Shown here in pieces: positions 1-8,500 of a stretch of 32,000 nt of DNA. Every line of letters begins with the position of its first letter. The stretch's first letter is position 1. The translations under genes and the position numbers were made by a program. Source of the DNA: Candidatus Saccharimonadota bacterium. Its GTDB lineage: Bacteria; Patescibacteriota; Microgenomatia; UBA1406; GWC2-37-13. The notes under the pieces are model-generated. The model saw only the letters and a list, made by a program, of their open reading frames with translations, ran no database searches and was not told the DNA's origin. The stretch lies in assembly GCA_001790095.1 (NCBI GenBank), contig MGBH01000001.1:900001-932000 (forward strand), in the 5' to 3' direction.

Positions 1-591
1 AGCGTCACATTCATCAAACGCCGTCTTATTTCCAAGACTTATAAAGTAGGAAAACCCGAAGTTTTTATGATCTGCCATATAATCCACCATCAAACTTCCC
101 AATGCTCCTGATTGAGAAATACATCCAATATTGCCAACCGGCGCAGAGTGTTTTAGAAATGTCACGTTCGTACCCGAGACAGTGCTTACAAATCCAATAC
201 AGTTTGGTCCGAGCAGGTTCAAGTCGTATTTTTTTATTTTTTGAGCTAAGACCTCTTCTTTCAAAGCGCCCTGTTCACTCGTTTCTTTAAATCCAGCCGC
301 AAATATAACTACATTTTTACACCCATTTTCTTTTACCTCATCAAGCATCTTGAGAGCTATATCTCCCGGGACGGCTAATACAACCAGGTCAACCTGTTTC
401 CCAACTGATGCAAGGGAGGGATAGACCTGTTTGCCAAGAAGCTCTTTGTATTTCGGATTAATAAAATATACCTCTCCTTTGTATCCTTGGTTAAGAAGGC
501 TTCTTGCCACCAAATAGCCTACTTTTTTTACATCCTCAGATACTCCAACGATGGCAACAGAGCTCGGATTAAAAAAAGATTGAAGAGACAT
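1..591 (-). CDS. ADP-forming acetyl-CoA synthetase / NDP-forming acyl-CoA synthetase, N-terminal part (rest of gene is outside the window)
   Basis: Manual minus-strand translation from the ATG at 589-591 gives MSLQSFFNPSSVAIVGVSEDVKKVGYLVARSLLNQGYKGEVYFINPKY...VDLVVLAVPG...VVIFAAGFKE...LLGPNCIGF...ISQSGALG. This is the CoA-binding plus succinyl-CoA-synthetase-like pattern. The frame is open for 197 codons to the window edge. It is missing from the ORF track because there is no stop in the window. Confidence 0.8.
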   Translation of the reverse strand, partial: MSLQSFFNPSSVAIVGVSEDVKKVGYLVARSLLNQGYKGEVYFINPKYKELLGKQVYPSLASVGKQVDLVVLAVPGDIALKMLDEVKENGCKNVVIFAAGFKETSEQGALKEEVLAQKIKKYDLNLLGPNCIGFVSTVSGTNVTFLKHSAPVGNIGCISQSGALGSLMVDYMADHKNFGFSYFISLGNKTAFDECDA

Positions 592-597
592 ATGTAA

Positions 598-605
598 AGT
601 ATACA
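598..605 (-). promoter_or_regulatory. Extended -10-like element 6 nt upstream of the ATG (candidate leaderless promoter)
   Basis: The minus strand reads TGTATACT-ttacat-ATG (ATG at 589-591). Confidence 0.35.
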
Positions 606-1418
606 TAAATTATGAGGGTGTAGTATATAGATATATACGAACCTGATGATTATCCCCCTTCGTTCACGTTCGTCTTACAGTTATCCGCCGCATCTTCCTT
701 CTCGCCTTTTCAGTTCTATTCGAACACGGCTCGAAGAGCAATGCTTGGCGGATTTGGTCTCAGTATTTCTAAAATTTCATTTTAGAAACTGATCCCAAAC
801 AAAACGCGCCCTGCCTTTCACCAATGTGGGAAAAACAGGGCGGCGCTTAAAGTGTCTCAATCATTTATCCAGGACTATATCTTTTACCGTTAAACCATGA
901 CATCCTGAATAAGGTTATAAGGTCTAAGATGATACTCATATATTTTAAGATTTAATTGTTAAAGGTGCGATTTTGAAGAGTGTGAGAGCTTTTTTCAAGT
1001 TGGCCTTATATAAGGCTATGTTTGTTGAGTTGGTTTGACCGTTTGTTTACTCAACCTTTTTTTGAAAAATTCCCCGCCTTCTCTTCTTGATCCTTAAGAA
1101 ACTGCCTATGTATTGTTTGCTTATTGTTGAAAACTTTTCTAGATAAAGTTTTCACTCATCCCGGGTTTGCTAAGCAAATTTTGAAAAAGCGTTTCTTGGA
1201 TCTAACTTATAATATTTTTTGAAGAGATTTTAATTTTTCTCTTCATAATATCAGAATAAAGTATATTTTTAATTTTGTCAAGGGGTATTTTATCTTATAG
1301 TTAAAATACTAGGGTCTTTGAAGCTAAAATACAAATATAGTTCGTCAAAAATACTTAATACCTATAATAAATATTATGTTTTTTGAAAAAAATATAAACT
1401 CTTATTTATTCTCTCGTT

Positions 1419-1427
1419 TGTTACACT
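1419..1427 (+). promoter_or_regulatory. Extended -10 (TGtTACACT) 6 nt upstream of the transketolase ATG
   Basis: TGtTACACT-aaatat-ATG(1434). The same 9-mer and spacing occur upstream of the ORF at 23728. Confidence 0.4.
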
Positions 1428-1433
1428 AAATAT

Positions 1434-3596
1434 ATGACTAGTATCTTGACTCTTAAAGCATTAAGTAAACGTATCCGCTACCAAATCCTTTCTTCAACTA
1501 CTGCGGCCGGGTCTGGTCATCCAACATCGTGTCTCTCAGCTGTTGAGCTCATGACTACCCTCTTTTTCGGAGGGTTTCTGAAGCAAGATATACAAAATCC
1601 CCAAAATTATGAAAATGATCGGGTTATTTTTTCCAAAGGCCATGCTGCTCCCCTTTTATACTCTTTATACGAGACAGCGGGGGTGCTCACTCAAAAAGAA
1701 CTGATGACACTCCGCAAGTTTGATTCGCGCCTCCAGGGCCATCCCACCCCTGAGTTTCCATGGGCTGATGTAGCAACGGGCAGCTTGGGGCAAGGATTGT
1801 CTATCGCTGTTGGCATGGCTCTTGCTTTAAAAAACTTTCGGTCACTACTTCCTAATATATATGTTCTCCTGGGTGATTCTGAGCTTGCTGAAGGACAAAA
1901 TTGGGAAGCACTTGAAATAGCCTCATATTATAAACTCAATACTATCGTTGGCATTCTTGATATGAGTCGTTTAGGCCAACAGGGACAAACTATGCTCGGA
2001 TGGAACACACATGCCTACGCAAAAAGAGTTGAGGCTTTTGGATGTCAGGCCATTGTGGTAGAAGATGGCAACGACCTAAAACAGGTATATAATGCGTTTA
2101 TGCAGGTTGAAAGCTTACGTCTTACCTCCCATAAGCCTATTCTTATAATCGCTAAAACGATCAAAGGAAAAGGGGGTTCTTTCTTGGAAGATAAAGACGG
2201 TTGGCACGGGAAAACACTTTCCTCAAAACAGCTAACAAAAGCACTTGAAGAACTTGGACCTGTGGATTTGAAACTCAAAGGAACTATCAAAAAACCAAAC
2301 TACGCTTTTGCATGTCATCCCGGCGAAGGCCGGGATCCAATCTATAAATACAACAGCTGTAATTATAGTCTAGATTCCCGCCTACGCGGGAATGACAAAA
2401 TAAGCTCTTTACTAAAAAAACTGGTAGTTTCATCTCAAATGAAAGTAGCTACTTCTAAAAAAGCTTTGTGTACTACACATTATTCGCTAAACGACTCAAT
2501 CGCCACTCGTGAAGCATTTGGCGATGCACTTTTTGATATGGGCCATGACGAAAAAATCGTTGTGCTTGATGCTGAAATGTCAAATTCCACTTTTGAAGAT
2601 AAGTTTAAAAAAAGATTTCCTGAGCGTTTTTATGAGATGTTCATCGCTGAACAAAATATGATGTCAACGGCTCTTGGTATGGCTAAAATAGGGCATATCC
2701 CTTTTGTCTCAACATTTGCTGCATTCCTTACTCGAGCATTTGATCAAATACGGATGTGTCAATATTCTATTCAAACTGCGATAGGCGGCGAAAATTCAGG
2801 CAAGAATTTGAAACAGAATCTATCGCAATCAAACACTCTCAATATTATTGGTTCACACTGTGGGGTATCAATTGGGGCAGATGGACCATCTCAGATGGGT
2901 CTTGAAGATATTGCCATGATGCGTGCAATCAATCAGAGTACAGTCCTCTATCCTGCAGATGCTGTATCCAGCTACAAACTCACCCGTCTTATGGAGACAA
3001 ATCCCGGCATCAATTACCTGCGCACCACCCGTGAAAAAACACCGATTATTTATAACAATGATGAAGAATTCCATGTGGGAGGATTAAAGATACATTACCC
3101 AAACCCAAATAAATTACAAATCACAAATAACAAATTACAAACAAATCACAAATCCCAAAATTCAAAACTACAAACAAAATATAAAATCAAGGCAATAGTT
3201 ATTACCGCTGGGATTACACTACACGAAGCTTTGAAAGCGCAAAAAGAACTTGAAAAAGAAAAGATATATATAACGGTCGTAGATCTTTATAGCATAAAGC
3301 CGTTGGACGTGAAATCATTACAGACGGCTATAAAAGATGTAAAAAAAATAATCGTGGTTGAAGACCATTATGAAGCGGGAGGAATAGGAGAGGCTATATT
3401 ATCAATAACCAATTTTCAATCAAACTCTAATAATTCAATGATCAATGAAAATTCATTGAAAACTGAAAATTGCAAAATTACAAAATTTACTCACCTCTGT
3501 GTCCGTAAAACGCCCCGTTCAGGTACGCCTCAAGAGCTACTTCGCTTTGAAGGAATCGATAAAGAAGCTATCAAAAATACTGTTATCTATGAATGA
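1434..3596 (+). CDS. tkt: Transketolase, with N-terminal (TPP-binding) and C-terminal (pyrimidine-binding plus C-terminal domain) sections in a single ORF carrying four in-frame inserts
   Basis: AAGSGHPTS, SKGHAAP, GSLGQGL and GDSELAEGQNWEA (TPP motif) lie in residues 1 to about 290. ATREAFGDAL, VVLDAEMSNST, FIAEQNM, GSHCGVSIGADGPSQMGLEDIAMMR and VVEDHYEAGGIG lie in residues about 355-720. Confidence 0.85.
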   Translation: MTSILTLKALSKRIRYQILSSTTAAGSGHPTSCLSAVELMTTLFFGGFLKQDIQNPQNYENDRVIFSKGHAAPLLYSLYETAGVLTQKELMTLRKFDSRLQGHPTPEFPWADVATGSLGQGLSIAVGMALALKNFRSLLPNIYVLLGDSELAEGQNWEALEIASYYKLNTIVGILDMSRLGQQGQTMLGWNTHAYAKRVEAFGCQAIVVEDGNDLKQVYNAFMQVESLRLTSHKPILIIAKTIKGKGGSFLEDKDGWHGKTLSSKQLTKALEELGPVDLKLKGTIKKPNYAFACHPGEGRDPIYKYNSCNYSLDSRLRGNDKISSLLKKLVVSSQMKVATSKKALCTTHYSLNDSIATREAFGDALFDMGHDEKIVVLDAEMSNSTFEDKFKKRFPERFYEMFIAEQNMMSTALGMAKIGHIPFVSTFAAFLTRAFDQIRMCQYSIQTAIGGENSGKNLKQNLSQSNTLNIIGSHCGVSIGADGPSQMGLEDIAMMRAINQSTVLYPADAVSSYKLTRLMETNPGINYLRTTREKTPIIYNNDEEFHVGGLKIHYPNPNKLQITNNKLQTNHKSQNSKLQTKYKIKAIVITAGITLHEALKAQKELEKEKIYITVVDLYSIKPLDVKSLQTAIKDVKKIIVVEDHYEAGGIGEAILSITNFQSNSNNSMINENSLKTENCKITKFTHLCVRKTPRSGTPQELLRFEGIDKEAIKNTVIYE
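2314..2396 (+). mobile_element. MITE/REP-like 83-bp double-hairpin element, copy 1, inside the transketolase ORF and read in frame
   Basis: Termini are GTCATCCCGGCG...CGCGGGAATGAC (imperfect terminal inverted repeats). There are two perfect 8-bp stem / 4-nt loop hairpins at 2317-2336 and 2374-2393. By eye it is about 85 percent identical to the inverted copy at 22226-22307. Confidence 0.7.
2778..2826. repeat. 49-bp palindromic insert inside the conserved pyrimidine-binding domain of transketolase
   Basis: GCGATAG (2778-2784) pairs with CTATCGC (2820-2826). The inner pair is AAATTC (2792-2797) with GAATTT (2804-2809). It encodes the extra segment ..AIGGENSGKNLKQNLSQ.., which is absent from the usual DQIR..N..GSH spacing. 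Confidence 0.5.
3098..3190. repeat. A/C-rich low-complexity insert (imperfect repeats of about 22 nt, aaattacaaa(t/c)..caaat) in frame in transketolase
   Basis: It encodes PNPNKLQITNNKLQTNHKSQNSKLQTKYK. It shares the strings aaaattcaaa and atataaaatc with the secE-nusG spacer element. Confidence 0.5.
3408..3492. repeat. AT-rich palindrome-containing insert in frame near the transketolase C-terminus
   Basis: It contains the palindrome tcaatga-aaat-tcattga. It encodes TNFQSNSNNSMINENSLKTENCKITKF, between the conserved GGIGEA and PRSG motifs. Confidence 0.45.
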
Positions 3597-5484
3597 AGCT
3601 TGGTATTCTCTTTATTCTATTTATCATAAAAGCTTCAATATCACGCATCAGCTCTTCTTGAATATCTGCTGGTATTATTTTTTGCTGTTTTATTCTATTA
3701 AGAAGTTTATTAATTCGCTCATCCCATCGTTTTCCATTAAAAAATTGCCATAAAAGAGTATCCAATGTCGCTTTACCTTCAAAAAATTCGCTTTTTACTA
3801 TTGAGTCAAACATTAATGCGGTAGGATGCATACGTGAGAGGTATTTTTGTGCACGAAGCAAACTAATTATGCTATCATAAAAATTATCTTCAGCTGCAAT
3901 GAGTACATCATGATATGAAGAGATCGGATCTTCAGGCTTGATCAAAACATGAGCATTACCCAGGGGGAGTTGAATTTTACGTTCCGCTTCATTTTGACCT
4001 AAAGAAGATGATAGATTTTGTATGCTGGCAATTGCTTTTCGTGTACTTTCGGAAAGTACTTTCGGATCGCCACGAACTCCAATCAAAAATGTACCTCCGT
4101 ATCTGCCGAAAATAAGATGTTCTCGCTCTTCAGGTTTGATTGAACTGCTTATTTTATTCCATAAAGTAACGATCGCATCATCTGCATCAACATAGCTAAT
4201 ATAATCATTCATTTCTTTGATAAACTTCAGATCCACCACATACATCTCACGTACCTCTCCCCGCGTCACATGCTCCTGAAAATCATATTTTGAGTATACG
4301 GTATCACCCAAAAGCTTATCGTAAACAATATTCTCAATAAAATGCAGAATAGCTTCTCTCCGATGCTTTACAACTGGATTGTGATCTTCTGCTCTTGGAG
4401 TAGAGCTTTTTCTCTGCTCATCATACCTGACTTTTTGTTCTTTAAGATCAAGGTCTTCTGCAAGAAATAGTGCCGTTGCGAGTTCTGGATGCATTTTAGC
4501 AAGATGCAAGATCTTTTTTCTCATTTTTTCATGCTCATTTTTTTCTTCTTGGATATCAGTTGGATAGATGGAGTTTTCTATAGCTTCAATAGAGGAGGTC
4601 CTTCTCCCTTGTATCTTCATCGCTTGTTCTTGATTAAGTATTAAGCCTCGCGAAAGATAGGAAAGGGTGGTGTCCCGTATGGGAGAAGGTGAATCTTTGG
4701 TAATATCAATCCAATCTACCTTGTCGCCTTTGAGCAAGATCTCCTCTTGTACTATACCTTTATTTTTCCTATAATACCCGCCCCGAGTTGCTAAATGCCT
4801 TTTTACTCTTGATTCAATCTCAGCTTTAATATCAGCTTTTCCTGAAACTTGTTTGAAGTCGCCAATAAGAGCCAATACAAACTCATCTCCTCCGTATCGG
4901 CCAAAATAATAATCTCTTGATTGATCTTTTCCTAGATCAAATTCTTGCCAGACTTCATCGATAGCCTGTTGAATAGCTTTTGCTGAACGATTTACGATAA
5001 GATCAGCAGATCTGTGAGGACTCCCCTCAACAGCAAAATCAGCTCCACGAAGATCTTTGATATCAAACATCCCCAACTGCAAAGAAGCTCCTTCATATTT
5101 ACCATTGGGAGCAACTTTCTGAAGCACTTCATGAAAAAAAGCAGACCTTCCAAGGATAGGAAACCCTTCTTCCTGTATCGGTTGTTCTCCTGGAGGTGAA
5201 AACGTAATATCACGCATTAATCCTGTATCTAAGGCTCTGCTGAAAAAAGACTCAAGGATGTTTGTTGCGGTATTATATCCTTCTTTACTGGGCTCAGGCA
5301 TCTCAAAATGATTTATCTGTCCCCGGTAAATCCTTTCAAGAAAGTTATATGCTGATGGAGACATCGCTTTGTATTTATCAAGCATACGGCTTGCTTCATG
5401 GCGCGCAATATCAGGCGTATGAAGCTTGGCAACTTTGCTTTCAGCCGGTTCAATCAGAGTTTGTTCAGGAAATGTAACTCCCAT
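3583..5484 (-). CDS. Protein with two tandem GGDEF/Palm-like nucleotide cyclase domains (first has RYGGDEF, second has RYGGTF) and a helical C-terminal region
   Basis: Domain 1 reads FDIKDLRGADFAVEGSPHRSADLIV...FGRYGGDEFVLAL, with GGDEF at 4879-4893. Domain 2 reads VDLKFIKEMNDYISYVDADDAIV...FGRYGGTFLIGV, with GGTF at 4087-4098. Both align by eye to the DxDxFKxxNDxxGHxxGD...RxGGDEF pattern. The ATG at 5482-5484 is preferred over the track's TTG at 5523 because TATACT lies 6 nt upstream. Confidence 0.6.
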   Translation of the reverse strand: MGVTFPEQTLIEPAESKVAKLHTPDIARHEASRMLDKYKAMSPSAYNFLERIYRGQINHFEMPEPSKEGYNTATNILESFFSRALDTGLMRDITFSPPGEQPIQEEGFPILGRSAFFHEVLQKVAPNGKYEGASLQLGMFDIKDLRGADFAVEGSPHRSADLIVNRSAKAIQQAIDEVWQEFDLGKDQSRDYYFGRYGGDEFVLALIGDFKQVSGKADIKAEIESRVKRHLATRGGYYRKNKGIVQEEILLKGDKVDWIDITKDSPSPIRDTTLSYLSRGLILNQEQAMKIQGRRTSSIEAIENSIYPTDIQEEKNEHEKMRKKILHLAKMHPELATALFLAEDLDLKEQKVRYDEQRKSSTPRAEDHNPVVKHRREAILHFIENIVYDKLLGDTVYSKYDFQEHVTRGEVREMYVVDLKFIKEMNDYISYVDADDAIVTLWNKISSSIKPEEREHLIFGRYGGTFLIGVRGDPKVLSESTRKAIASIQNLSSSLGQNEAERKIQLPLGNAHVLIKPEDPISSYHDVLIAAEDNFYDSIISLLRAQKYLSRMHPTALMFDSIVKSEFFEGKATLDTLLWQFFNGKRWDERINKLLNRIKQQKIIPADIQEELMRDIEAFMINRIKRIPSFIHR

Positions 5485-5490
5485 ACATGT

Positions 5491-5496
5491 AGTATA
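5491..5496 (-). promoter_or_regulatory. -10-like TATACT 6 nt upstream of the ATG at 5484
   Basis: The minus strand reads ggcccTATACT-acatgt-ATG. There is no good -35 (TTGATC at a 21-nt spacing). Confidence 0.3.
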
Positions 5497-5531
5497 GGGC
5501 CTAGAAGTGAAAAAAGCGATCAAACTGAGAT

Positions 5532-5567
5532 AAAAAAACCACGGGCTCTAATTGCCCGTGGTTTTTT
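5532..5567. terminator. Bidirectional rho-independent terminator
   Basis: A7-CCACGGGC-tctaatt-GCCCGTGG-T6: an 8-bp GC-rich stem flanked by an A-run and a T-run. It lies 21 nt past the stop of the 1,898-aa ORF. Confidence 0.7.
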
Positions 5568-5587
5568 GTTTGTTCTCTGTTATTTCC

Positions 5588-8500
5588 TTATTTTTCTTCA
5601 GGAGAAACTTCAATAATAACACGACCATCTCCTCCCTCTGGCAACGCTTCCTGTGTTTTTGGATTTGGCGTATTACCAACCAATTGAGCGATGTTTTGTG
5701 CTGCTTCTACACCTCTCGTTTCTGCAATCAAAGCTTGAGGAGTAGGAGGTGTCAACACTACACCAGGCAATCCAACTGAGGCAAAATGGGCACGATAATC
5801 ATCTAGAAGAGTAACAAAAGGACTCTCAGAATCAGATAGTGTTTTTATCCATTCCCCATATTCTCGTAAAAACTTTATCATTGCATCAGGTCTCGTAAGG
5901 ATTGACTTCAGATAATCAAGCATAAGCGTAGGCAATCTATCTTCAAGTTGTTTTAGCGTATTCTTTGCAGCTGTCAAATATGCTTGTCTTGTCCCTTTAA
6001 ATAATCCCCATTCTGCTTCCATCTGTGTAAGAAGGTCCGTTTGATTTGTGGTTGCAAGTTCAATTACTTTTTTATCGTAAGCTGCTTGAAGTACGGCTGT
6101 CTGGTTTATCATCGCCGCTTCTTGTCTGAACATACCTGTTCTTGCCTCTCTTAATATTTTTTCTCTTTCTGCCTCGTCAGTGAGAGCAGCAGCAACCAAA
6201 TCCAAAGCAGCTATCCGAAGTTTATTAATCCCCGCGGTTAATTCAACATCACCTGTCTCTTTAAGCATACCTGCAAGCAGTTCTCTTACATTGGCCCGAT
6301 CAGCAAATGCTGCTTGGAGTGTACCTCTTACAGCATCTGCGGTAACCGCTTGATTTTGACTTCTTTGCGCTGCCATATAAGATGCTACCGTCAAAAACTC
6401 TAGTGCTTGGTTTGCCCTATCTCCTCCGATAGCTATTCCTACATTACCTCCCCCAACCCCCCCACCCTCACCTGTAGGAAGAGGAGGTGTTTGATCTTGT
6501 TGTAATAATAATTGTAATTCTTGACCGATAACTCCTAAAATCTGACCAAAATCCACTTGCCCACTTCCCAACTTTTCAACAAGAGAAGCGGCTAAGGAAA
6601 GACCTGAACTGTTAGGAGCTGCAGAAACCGTTTCTGATGTAAATCCTGAGGCTGTCTCTTCATGTGCCTCTATATTTGTGTCCTTTCGTAATTTTTCATA
6701 TCTTTGATTTGCTTCTGCAACCAGCTGTGCTGTTAAAGCAGGAGCTCCTTCAATGCTTTTGATTAATCCAGTTGTTGGATCAATCTCTATTCCTGTAGCC
6801 ATTCTTCCTCTCACCATATTGATGACTTGAGATAATTGATCTGCCACAGTCAAAGCAGCTTGTGCGATCTGGCTCGTTACTGCTTCTGATTGTGCTATTA
6901 AACCGGTCGGGTCCATAGGTGGTCTCATATCCTTATGGGTAGTTGCATAGATTAATAGATCATCTTGACCCAATCGTCTTAGAGTTGGTATAAGTCTTAC
7001 CCTTGCAGCTTCTGCTGGACAACTACCTTCAACTGCATCAAGAGTAACATCTCCAAACTGCTTTATAAATGCAACAGCTGAATGCAGAAAAGATCTCCCT
7101 AATGTTCCATCTTTCAGTGATAGATGTCCTGCATCATCAACCACCAATAGGGACTTTGGGGGTTTAATTAAACCTGTTTCAACAGGTATAAGTTCGTATC
7201 CGTTTTCTCCTTTTCGATATATTTCAACTTGATCATGTACTGCAGTTCCGATAGGTGATCTTCTAGCCATACCTCCAATTGCAGCATAACGCTCAAGTAA
7301 ATCTAAGGTTGCCCCAAGAACTATACGAGCTTGTGCTTCACGATATGGCGGTTTTGCACCACCCTCTATGGCTGTGTTTGCTTTCAAAGCAGTTGCACGA
7401 GCAATCCCTAACCATGTAGTCCCATCATCAATCTTCCAATGAGCACCTGTATTTTCTCTTAGTTTTTGAACTAACATGTCATACATAAGAGTCAATGATT
7501 CATTGCTATAATTTCCCGCCCATTGATGTAATACTTCAAGCGCAGCACGTCGGACCATAGGATTAAATGTTCTGCCTTGTGTATCAAGCAATATATCAGT
7601 TAAATCGTCAAAAAATAGTTGTCTTGTTTCCTCTTTTACTGGATCAAAAGTTCCTTCTCTCGTTGCATAGAGAGCTCCATTCATAAGTAGCTGAGTAGCA
7701 AGACGTGCCTGCATTTTCGCATTTAACAACCCTGTGCTTTCTTGCTCTGTCAATGTGACTGGTGGTTTTGCTCTAAGTTTTGCAAGAGCATCCTGCCATA
7801 GTGGATAATCTAATGATCGGTTCAAAGCAGAAGCTCGCAGTTGATCATGAAACAATCCATACATTGTTCGTAATAACCCTGCGGCTACTTCATGACCTTC
7901 AGGTGAGTTTTTAAGATCTGGATCTGAGAGCCATGACATACGTTGATTTGGATCTCTAAGAACTACTGCAATATCACCGGTATGCCTGAACAGTGTTTCA
8001 AAACCTCCACCTCTTGCTTTTGGATTACTTGCAGACATATCATCTGCCAAATCAAGTATTGCTAATATGTCACCATCCCATGCTCTTTGAAGTTCTTTAT
8101 TCAAAGGAATAGTACCAGTACGCTCATAATATGCATATGCTTTTTGCGCTTGAGTCCATTCCGAATGTTCGGCAATTTCTCTTTGAGCCTGTAAACGGAC
8201 TTCACGTTTTCCTTTTCTTGCGTCTTTTGCAATTCTTCCTGCAACAAGTGGGGATGCTATTTCAAAAACAGCAAGTGGATCAGCCATCATATAAAATGAC
8301 TCTACTTCCATCCATGCTGAGTCTAGCCCGCTACGCATGATTCTATAAGCATTTTCAATCGAAGCAACTGTAGCTTCAACCAACACATTCCATTTCTCAG
8401 CTTGAACCGGCGTACCAGCTGCATGAGTTAAGGTCTCAAACCGTGCAAGAGCAAGCAGCATAACAAATAAAGCTTGCTCTTCTGGAGGTTTTTTATTTTT

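Noticed and set aside
102-290. A 62-aa plus-strand ORF from the track.
   Set aside because: It lies antisense inside the well-supported minus-strand acetyl-CoA synthetase reading frame (1-591), and its peptide is low-complexity and unconserved in appearance.
612-665. A TPP-riboswitch-like string (gagggtg...acgaacctgatgattatcc) upstream of the TPP-dependent transketolase.
   Set aside because: It lacks the invariant CTGAGA element and the pairing partners. It is about 800 nt from the tkt start, and tkt is not a known TPP-riboswitch target.
700-740. gttcgaa on the minus strand, which resembles a tRNA/tmRNA T-loop.
   Set aside because: There are no complementary T-stem arms, acceptor stem or CCA context. 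I could not fold a cloverleaf or a tmRNA-like end.
780-900. Minus-strand strings ggtgaaaggcagggcgcg and atagtcctgg, which are reminiscent of RNase P RNA segments.
   Set aside because: The universally conserved GGAAAGTCC and ACAGAA(N)CCGGCTTA-type P4 elements are absent. The similarity is too short to call.
3583-3596. The 14-bp overlap of the convergent 3' ends of tkt and the GGDEF-like gene, considered as a regulatory feature.
   Set aside because: It is probably just compaction. No hairpin or terminator is visible there, and nothing further can be inferred from the sequence alone.
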